In this document: positions 26,401 to 32,000 of the stretch, in pieces
Layout: the number at the start of each line of letters is the position of its first letter
How positions within the stretch are numbered: the stretch's first letter is position 1
Assembly (NCBI GenBank): GCA_963704755.1
Contig: OY969938.1
Location: forward strand, 3,930,001 to 3,962,000
DNA from: an uncultured Chloroflexia bacterium
GTDB taxonomy: Bacteria > Chloroflexota > Anaerolineae > Anaerolineales > Anaerolineaceae
Length of the DNA: 32,000 nucleotides
Direction of reading: 5' to 3'
Notes under the pieces: model-generated
Databases searched by the model: none
Seen by the model: the letters and a program-made list of their open reading frames with translations, nothing else
What the model was told of the DNA's origin: nothing
Position numbers and translations under genes: made by a program

Positions 26401-27064
26401 AGGGTACGTGGACATCTTGCTGATGGGTGCGGCCGGCGAGGCCAACGCCCAGCAAACCCATTTTCTGACCATCGTCAAAGAAAACACCGAAAGGCTGAAC
26501 AACCTGGTCAACGACCTGTTGGACGTCTCGCGTATCCAGTCTGGGCGAGTACGCCTGAATTTGCAGTCCCTGGATATGCGCCTGCTGGCCGGTGAATCGG
26601 TCAACGAGATGCGCCGCCGCGCGCAGGAAAAAGGGAAAGCGATCGAATTCAACGTCGAGGCCGGCGGGGATCTGCCCTGGGCACGTGGGGATTACGACCG
26701 GGTCGTCCAGGTGCTGCATAACTTGCTCACCAACAGCTTGAACTATACCGAAGATGGCGGGTCGGTGACCGTGCGCGTGTCGCTGCGCGAGCCCGCATCG
26801 GTGCAGGTGGACGTACAGGACACCGGTATCGGCATCCCGCTAAAGGACCAGTCGCGCATTTTTGACCGGTTCTTCCGCGGCGATAACCCGCTGGTATTCC
26901 AGACGGCCGGCACGGGGTTGGGACTGGCGCTATCCAAACTGTTAGTCGAAATGCAAAACGGACAGATCTGGTTTAAATCGAGTGGAATTCCTGGGGAGGG
27001 AAGCGTATTTTCTTTTACCTTACCTGCCTATAACAATGAGGTATCTGCTCAACCCAATGGGTAA
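23429..27064 (+). CDS. C-terminal part of the same sensor histidine kinase (4.5 GAF + PAS + HisKA + HATPase_c), in the -1 frame
   Basis: The frame is open from 23057, but the homology-consistent sequence starts at ~23429 (LTEPAWQDL...APLLDSAGVNMLGLLHLED...GKLIENHSLF completes the split GAF). The first in-frame starts after the ORF1 stop are TTG 23564 and ATG 23588. The H-box is SHELRTPL (His codon 26369-26371), with N-box LHNLLTNSLNYT, G1 DTGIGIP and G2 GTGLGLA. Confidence 0.8.
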   Translation, partial: LTEPAWQDLRGQVQAWSEVRALLREDYRSSGLYFIPGPPALILAPLLDSAGVNMLGLLHLEDAREAGHPDKTTLGFIEVFAGLAGKLIENHSLFTQARGETMGLEKSAEIAHSLEFLPESEAALVATLERIRFGLETAGMVGRQSDELSALVKLAGMLCTHFSMQVGLAAQSGPAGGRIVAVAGSLPEGANPEALFGQRNPLRQSLQDNKLIFVPDLAQEPEWSSSSLVRALGSASFIVLPFEGLEGQCAAVMVSSGQPFEPLSYLDYRVYEQLCVQIGNGLRNLGLAAESKRRLEEVNLLLEFSRKISSLDREHILQTLVETSNQVLYKSQACWFGILDEEAGWVAPLVASGYADNEALLEIHIPQTGDPAPLPVRAIQEARPFLTNETLFSRDYGLAQEDLLVYQHGAAKKWPVSVLAVPALLGNKALGVLVAESFGEGEPYGPEDQTLALSLAGQAALALENARLYEESVRKAVELDQRSSRMWLLNRLSADLGSTLDGSTVLNLTCERLARALNTVLVAVVLRDSPDKIYLTAESPAGYGKSYPQSLPRTPFLEPLGPSTEPVSISDVQEVDGLWPLAEAYFDENGTRSLLIVPLATGSDLLGWVLAQDSHVRHFTAAEIELAITVCNQTAMALQNARRFEETRLLKEDLERRVEERSGELVQEHHNTQTMLRVITELAASMDIQQVLNRSLIVLNEALAADEALIVVANSRRVFHAGQDLLGAGGPEGSFTRVEMDLQRWVIRQRQPAILADIGSDEYWNPEQETRPYCSLIALPLAVGEETLGVLMLSHRRPNFFDEGQLALLEGVSRQMAITLNNAEAFKLIRDQSENLGGLLRAQEIESSRSRGILEAVADGVIVTDPLQEITLFNRSAEQILAVKSRQVLHKSILELINVMGGTGSGWIPTIQRWSTGLTKDLSGETFAEQVNLNHGRVVSIHLSPVIWRNEYLGTVSIFRDITHQTQVDRLKSEFVANVSHELRTPLTSIKGYVDILLMGAAGEANAQQTHFLTIVKENTERLNNLVNDLLDVSRIQSGRVRLNLQSLDMRLLAGESVNEMRRRAQEKGKAIEFNVEAGGDLPWARGDYDRVVQVLHNLLTNSLNYTEDGGSVTVRVSLREPASVQVDVQDTGIGIPLKDQSRIFDRFFRGDNPLVFQTAGTGLGLALSKLLVEMQNGQIWFKSSGIPGEGSVFSFTLPAYNNEVSAQPNG

Positions 27065-27105
27065 ACACTTGAATTTGAGTAGCTGCTAAACGAGGCGAAT
27101 TAAAA

Positions 27106-27495
27106 ATGGCGAAAATACTGGTAGCCGAAGATGAAAAAGACATCCGTGACCTGATTGCATTTACTTTGAATTATGCCGGTCACCAGGTTGTGACCGTCGA
27201 AAATGGAGAACAAGCCGTCAAGGAGACTATCCAGGAAATGCCGGACTTGATTTTGATGGACATCCGCATGCCGCGCATGACCGGCTACGAAGCCTGCCGC
27301 CAGATCAAGGCGGACCCGCTGGTCAGCCACATCCCGGTCGTGTTCCTTTCCGCGAAAGGCCAGGAATCCGAGATCCAGGCCGGCTTTGACCTGGGCGCCA
27401 GTGAATATTTGCTCAAGCCGTTTGGCCCGGACGAACTGACCCGCCAGGTCAACCGGATTTTAGCGAGCGCAGCCGGGCCTGAGGGGGCAGGATGA
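27106..27495 (+). CDS. Single-domain CheY-like response regulator
   Basis: A 129-aa protein with VAEDE, LILMDIRMPRMTGYE, SAKG and LLKPF. Confidence 0.9.
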   Translation: MAKILVAEDEKDIRDLIAFTLNYAGHQVVTVENGEQAVKETIQEMPDLILMDIRMPRMTGYEACRQIKADPLVSHIPVVFLSAKGQESEIQAGFDLGASEYLLKPFGPDELTRQVNRILASAAGPEGAG

Positions 27496-28280
27496 GTGCG
27501 ATCCTGCTGGAGCGCGATATCATCCATTATGAGGCCTTGGGCCGGGGCAAACCGGTCCTGTTCCTGCATTCCTGGGTGGGCTCCTGGCGTTACTGGATTC
27601 CGATGATGCAGGCCATTTCGATCGGCTACCGCGCTTATGCCCTGGATTTTTACGGGTTTGGCGATACCAGCAAGAGCAAAAAATACAGCCTGGACGCCCA
27701 GTCCGAACTGATTTGCGGCTTCTTGGACCGGATGGGTATCGGCCGGGTGGTGTTGATTGGGCATGGCCTGGGGGGCCTGGCCGGCCTTTCGTACGCCTTG
27801 AAATACCCCGAAATGGTCGAGCGGATGATGATGATCGATTTACCTTTGGGTGAATCGGATTTGAGCGCGCGTTTGCGGAACGGCAAGCCGGTCGAGCTGG
27901 CCGAAGCGCTGCTGGGGCACAGCGCCTTGAGCGAGCCGGTCGCAATGGATGCCGCAAAAACCGATCCGCTGGCGGTGGCAGGCTCTTTGGCCGATTTGGG
28001 ACGATTTTTTGAGTATGGCCTGTGGGCCAAACTGGCTTCGGTGCCCTGCCTGCTGGTATATGGCAACAGCGACCCGCTCGTCCAGGCGCCAGACCCTGAG
28101 CATGTAGGATCGCTTTCGAGCCGCTCACACCTGATCTATTTCGAAGGCGCGGGCCATTTTCCCATGCTCGACCAGGGCAGCAAATTTGCCCGTTTGATCA
28201 ATGATTTCCTGGCTCTGGCCAGCGGCGAAAGCCCGGCCGAGCTGCAGCTCAAGGAAGAATGGAAACGGCGGGTCCGTTGA
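27492..28280 (+). CDS. Alpha/beta-hydrolase-fold protein, nucleophile Ser replaced by Gly (probable pseudoenzyme)
   Basis: ATGA overlap with the REC gene. It is a paralogue of 8196-9011. The nucleophile elbow reads GHGLGG (Gly codon GGC at 27765-27767) rather than GHSMGG. Asp (GNSDPLV) and His (AGHFPMLDQ) are retained. Confidence 0.85.
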   Translation: MSAILLERDIIHYEALGRGKPVLFLHSWVGSWRYWIPMMQAISIGYRAYALDFYGFGDTSKSKKYSLDAQSELICGFLDRMGIGRVVLIGHGLGGLAGLSYALKYPEMVERMMMIDLPLGESDLSARLRNGKPVELAEALLGHSALSEPVAMDAAKTDPLAVAGSLADLGRFFEYGLWAKLASVPCLLVYGNSDPLVQAPDPEHVGSLSSRSHLIYFEGAGHFPMLDQGSKFARLINDFLALASGESPAELQLKEEWKRRVR

Positions 28281-28318
28281 CTTTTTTTGAAGTCAGCGAG
28301 TGCTCAATCCAGGTATTC

Positions 28319-28383
28319 AATTTGGGGGAGTTGATTATTTTTCGTATGCGTCGCATGCGAAAAATAATCAACTCCCCCAAATT
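28319..28383. repeat. 65-nt near-perfect palindrome (same family as 19372-19429)
   Basis: aatttgggggagttgattatttttcgtatgcg t cgcatgcgaaaaataatcaactcccccaaatt, with one T-G position. It shares the tttttcg...cgaaaaa core and the trailing aatttcc with the 19372 element. Confidence 0.9.
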
Positions 28384-28406
28384 TCCCGAAAGTGGATTGG
28401 TGATAT

Positions 28407-28443
28407 AAAAAAAGCCGCGGCAATTTGTGCCGCGGCTTTTTTA
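28407..28443. terminator. Bidirectional rho-independent terminator between convergent genes
   Basis: aaaaaaagccgcggca atttg tgccgcggcttttttа-type structure. The stem is agccgcggca/tgccgcggct, flanked by an A7 run and a T6 run. Confidence 0.8.
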
Positions 28444-28458
28444 TATCCAGAGAGCAAA

Positions 28459-29961
28459 CTACAGCCCGTAAATATCGCTGTATTTGGCCTTCAGATACTT
28501 CATGTAGGGTTTGGGGTCGATCTTCGAGCCGGTCACTTTTTGGACCAGGTTTTGCGGCTCGAATTTGGCGCCATGGCGGTGAATATGCTCGCGCAGCCAG
28601 CCCAGCAAAGCCGAGAAATCGCCTTTTTCGAACTGGGCGTCCAGGTTGGGTAGGTCGCGTTGAATCACTTCCCAGAGCTGGGCGGAAATCAGGTTGCCCA
28701 GGGCATAGGTGGAGAAATAGCCGATCATGCCGCCGGACCAGTGCACGTCTTGCAGCACGCCGTTGGCGTTGCTGGGTGGGGTGACCCCCAGGTATTCCTG
28801 CATGCGGCTGTTCCAGGCTTCCGGCAGGTCCTTGACTTCCAGCTTGCCTTCCATCAGGGCAATCTCCAACTCCAGGCGCAGCATGATGTGCAGGTTGTAG
28901 GTGGCCTCATCCGATTCGGTGCGAATCAGGGACGGCTGCACTTTATTGATGGCCCGGTAGAAAGTTTCCATGTCCACGTTGCCGAGCTGTTGCGGGAAAT
29001 ATTCCTGCAGGCGCGGGTAAAAATAGCGCCAGAAGGGGCGGGAGCGGCCGACCAGGTTTTCCCACATGCGCGACTGGGATTCGTGAATGGCCATCGAGGC
29101 GCCGCTGGCTAAAATCGTGCGGTGCAGATTCCAGTCAACCCCTTGCTCGTACAGGGCATGACCGGTTTCGTGAATGGTGGAGAAGAGCCCGGACGTCAAG
29201 GCATCTTCATGCAGGTGGGTGGTGATACGCACGTCGCGGATACCGAAGCTGGAGGTAAAGGGATGGGCAACCCGGTCGAGACGGCCGGCTTTCCAGTCGT
29301 AACCTTGCTTGGTGGATACTTCGACGCCGAAATCCCATTGTTTTTTGTCTTCGTAGTGCTGGTGCAGGAAAGCATCTTCCACCTGGGGACGTTTGCTGAT
29401 CGCCTGAATGAGCTCGACTTGCAGGGGGCGGATCTCATCGAAAATAGCCTTGACTTCGGCGGTCTTCATGCCCGGTTCGAAGTCGTCCAGCAGCGGATCG
29501 TAGACGTGGTTGTAGGGCGCAAAATAGCTGGCGTATTCACGGCGCAGATCGACGATCTTTTCCAGATGAGGCTGGAAGATCGAGAAATCGTCGGCCTGGC
29601 GTGAGCGCACCCAGGCTTCCTGCCCGAGAGTGGTGGCGCGAGCAAATTCGGCAACTTTCTCGCCCGGCACTTTGGTCTCTTTGTCGTAAGCTCGCTTGGT
29701 CTGCCGGATCAGGCAGGCGTCGTCAGAATCCGGGTCGAGGCTTTCCCCATACGGAACCAGTTCGTTGATCAGGGCGCCGAACTCGTCCGAGGTGACCATG
29801 TCGTGGGCGATTCCGGATAAGGTCGCAAGTTGTTCACCGCGCTCTTCCGCAGCCTTGGGCGGCATATAGGTCTGCTGGTCCCAATTCAACAAGGCAGCCG
29901 CGTAGTTCAAATCGATCACCTTTCCCATCATTTCCTTCAACTTGCTGAGCTTTTCCTCCAT
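28459..29961 (-). CDS. Carboxypeptidase Taq-type M32 metallopeptidase
   Basis: HPF motif (VAHPFTSSF), DVRITT, the zinc site HETGHALYE (HExxH), IHESQSR and GYFSTYALGN. I prefer the ATG at 29961 (AGGA Shine-Dalgarno 5 nt upstream) over the TTG at 29982. Confidence 0.9.
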   Translation of the reverse strand: MEEKLSKLKEMMGKVIDLNYAAALLNWDQQTYMPPKAAEERGEQLATLSGIAHDMVTSDEFGALINELVPYGESLDPDSDDACLIRQTKRAYDKETKVPGEKVAEFARATTLGQEAWVRSRQADDFSIFQPHLEKIVDLRREYASYFAPYNHVYDPLLDDFEPGMKTAEVKAIFDEIRPLQVELIQAISKRPQVEDAFLHQHYEDKKQWDFGVEVSTKQGYDWKAGRLDRVAHPFTSSFGIRDVRITTHLHEDALTSGLFSTIHETGHALYEQGVDWNLHRTILASGASMAIHESQSRMWENLVGRSRPFWRYFYPRLQEYFPQQLGNVDMETFYRAINKVQPSLIRTESDEATYNLHIMLRLELEIALMEGKLEVKDLPEAWNSRMQEYLGVTPPSNANGVLQDVHWSGGMIGYFSTYALGNLISAQLWEVIQRDLPNLDAQFEKGDFSALLGWLREHIHRHGAKFEPQNLVQKVTGSKIDPKPYMKYLKAKYSDIYGL

Positions 29962-29989
29962 GTTAATCCTTTCGTGAAACAAGATTTTG

Positions 29990-30070
29990 GTAACTGCTCA
30001 TATTCAAGATAAGCGGTTTCTGAATTTGAGGTGTTCGCGGGGTTTCGGCTCCGCAAACACCTCAAATTCA
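29990..30070. repeat. MITE-like element lacking a right terminus
   Basis: The left end is gtaactgctca (29990-30000). The palindrome at 30021-30070 is tgaatttgaggtgttcgcgg / ccgcaaacacctcaaattca (19/20 pairing, 10-nt loop). Confidence 0.7.
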
Positions 30071-30138
30071 ATCCTTCTCCCTGTTCAATTCAAAAAAAAC
30101 GTATCGCCAGTCCAGCCGGCAATTTTGCCATTAATGAA

Positions 30139-30170
30139 ATCTGGCTGGCAGTGTCGACTACCAGCCAGAT
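30139..30170 (-). terminator. Hairpin downstream of the dehydrogenase gene (weak terminator candidate)
   Basis: atctggctgg / ccagccagat forms a 10-bp stem with a 12-nt loop, 16 nt after the stop at 30186 on the minus strand. The U-tract is poor. Confidence 0.35.
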
Positions 30171-30185
30171 AATTCTATCTGAAAA

Positions 30186-31127
30186 TCAATTTACTTTCCA
30201 GCGTAATGGCTTACCATCCAGGGCGGCCAGCACTTCTTGCGAAATATCACTGGCGGCGCGCACCTGGGCTTCCTGGGTCTGGGCGCCCATGTGAGGGGTG
30301 GCGACCACGTGGGGGTGTTTGGCCAGCGCGGAATCTCCGGGGGGTTCGCTGGTGAAAACATCCAGGCCGGCAGCGGCGACCTTGCCCAATTCCAGGGCCT
30401 GTAACAAGGCGTCTTCGTTGATCACCCCACCGCGGGCGGCGCAGATGATGCGTACGCCGTCTTTCATTTTGGCGAACGCGGCGCTGTCCAGGAAATCGTG
30501 CGTATCGGCGGTCAGAGGCAGGTGCATGGTGATCACATCCGCCTGGGCGAGCAGTTCGTCCAACGAGACGGGTTTGGCGCCACGCTTGAGGATCTCTTCA
30601 CCGGGCAAAAACGGGTCGTAGGCCACCACGTCCATCTCGAAGGCCTTCGCGCGCTGGGCAACCGCCGAGCCGATCCGGCCAAAGCCGATGACGCCCAGGG
30701 TTTTTTGCCAAAGTTCGCCGCCTTCCATTTCTTTCTTCAGCCATTTGCCGGCTTTGATCCCGGCGTCGGCCCGCGGGATCTCCCGCATGGTGGACAGCAT
30801 GAGCCCCAGGGTAAGCTCGGCCACGGCCAGGGTGGTCGCGGTGGGCGAGTTGACCACGGTGACTCCCTTGGCGGTCGCCGCCTTGAGATCGATGTTATCC
30901 ACACCTACGCCAGCCCGCCCGACTACCTTTAATTTTGAGGCGGCGTCCAATACGGCTGCCGTGACCTTGGTCCGGCCGCGTACGATCATGGCATCGTAAT
31001 CGGCGATAACGGTCAGGAGTTCATCGGCAGTAATGCCCGGGCGGTTGTCCACCTGGGCCGCTTCCCTGAGGATAGCCTGGCCGTTCTCTTCCAGGCCATC
31101 GGTTAATAAGACTTTCCAGTTTCCCAT
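30186..31127 (-). CDS. serA: D-3-phosphoglycerate dehydrogenase-like D-2-hydroxyacid dehydrogenase (short form, no ACT domain)
   Basis: A 313-aa protein with the Rossmann motif GVIGFGRIGSAVA and the catalytic Arg/Glu/His contexts ARGGVINEDAL, DVFTSEP and TPHMGAQT. Substrate specificity cannot be fixed from sequence alone. Confidence 0.7.
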   Translation of the reverse strand: MGNWKVLLTDGLEENGQAILREAAQVDNRPGITADELLTVIADYDAMIVRGRTKVTAAVLDAASKLKVVGRAGVGVDNIDLKAATAKGVTVVNSPTATTLAVAELTLGLMLSTMREIPRADAGIKAGKWLKKEMEGGELWQKTLGVIGFGRIGSAVAQRAKAFEMDVVAYDPFLPGEEILKRGAKPVSLDELLAQADVITMHLPLTADTHDFLDSAAFAKMKDGVRIICAARGGVINEDALLQALELGKVAAAGLDVFTSEPPGDSALAKHPHVVATPHMGAQTQEAQVRAASDISQEVLAALDGKPLRWKVN

Positions 31128-31270
31128 TCCTTATTTCTCCTTGATCAATGAATAAGAATCTACAGGACTTTGTGGTGTTGTTTGAGGGGTGTTGCTTGGC
31201 TGAACCTGACGATCCTTCTTTATTTTCCATCCCCCCGGATGGGTTCGCCTGCCTATGATTTTACCTTATT

Positions 31271-31550
31271 TGGGAGAGAGGAGAGGATAGAGAGTAGAAA
31301 GTAGTCAATGAGGGAGCAGGCAACGAGGGAAAAGAAACTCCCCTTCCCCCGTTCTGGGGGAAGGGGCCGGGGGATGAGGGCGAATCGCCGGCTGGAAGAA
31401 GCCCCTTCGGCAGCACCTCTTTTTCCCTATCCTCTGCCGATCGTGGCATCAGCCCCGGCTTCGAAAGCCGGGCTACGCTTTTCTCCCTCCTCCCTCGTTG
31501 GCTGTTTCACTCATTGACTAATCTCTATTTTCCAATCTCTGTTCATTGCT
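31271..31550. repeat. Composite ~280-bp element with long imperfect terminal inverted repeats carrying family-B and family-C hairpins
   Basis: The left arm core is tagtcaatgag..caacgaggga (31302-31330). The right arm core is tccctcgttg..ctcattgacta (31491-31520). Purine-rich atagag extensions lie outside both arms. Inside are the B hairpin at 31338-31381 and the C hairpin at 31451-31476. Confidence 0.7.
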
Positions 31551-31562
31551 CCCCCTTCCATT

Positions 31563-31571
31563 TGGTATAAT
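31563..31571 (+). promoter_or_regulatory. Extended -10 promoter element (TGgTATAAT) upstream of gyrA
   Basis: It matches TGnTATAAT exactly, 39 nt upstream of the gyrA ATG. Confidence 0.45.
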
Positions 31572-31594
31572 TAGAAGGTTATGTATTTTTATAG

Positions 31595-32000
<406 letters not shown>

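Noticed and set aside
29962-29982. TTG-initiated extension of the M32 carboxypeptidase ORF
   Set aside because: The ATG at 29961 has an AGGA Shine-Dalgarno at 5-nt spacing, and the family N-terminus starts there. This remains uncertain by only 7 codons.

Overview
Moderately GC-rich bacterial chromosomal segment. The gene content looks Chloroflexota/Anaerolineae-like, but that is inference only. About 27 protein genes are supported. In order they are: a 5'-truncated rhodanese sulfurtransferase and SufE; kbl (minus strand); a 550-aa hypothetical protein; and an intact IS3-family insertion sequence (4827-6089) sitting inside a tandem hairpin-repeat array. Next comes a tightly coupled five-gene operon (6795-10890) encoding DUF4388/wHTH, a Ras-like small GTPase, an alpha/beta-hydrolase, a V4R-like protein and a degenerate nucleotidyltransferase+LbH protein. 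This is followed by a LacI-controlled ribokinase / BMP-type ABC transporter / ADP-ribosylglycohydrolase-family operon (11228-19338). A signalling locus occupies 19788-28280: REC with a degenerate GGDEF domain, a giant ~9xGAF-PAS histidine kinase split by a frameshift at about 23430, a CheY-like REC, and an alpha/beta-hydrolase paralogue whose nucleophile Ser is Gly. The window ends with an M32 carboxypeptidase, a short-form SerA-like dehydrogenase and the 5' end of gyrA. I saw no rRNA, tRNA or CRISPR, and no recognisable defence system. Intergenic DNA is unusually rich in at least three families of structured repeats: about 110-bp MITE-like elements with GTAACTGCTCAG termini around long perfect palindromes, GC-rich 'cccct(c/t)ccc-GTT(T)CT-ggga(g/a)gggg' hairpins, and 'gcccggctttcgaagccggg' hairpin units. 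The best candidates for undescribed biology are the non-canonical small-GTPase operon and the paired alpha/beta-hydrolase paralogues attached to two different signalling modules. All functional calls rest on motif recognition by eye in the supplied translations; no database search was run.
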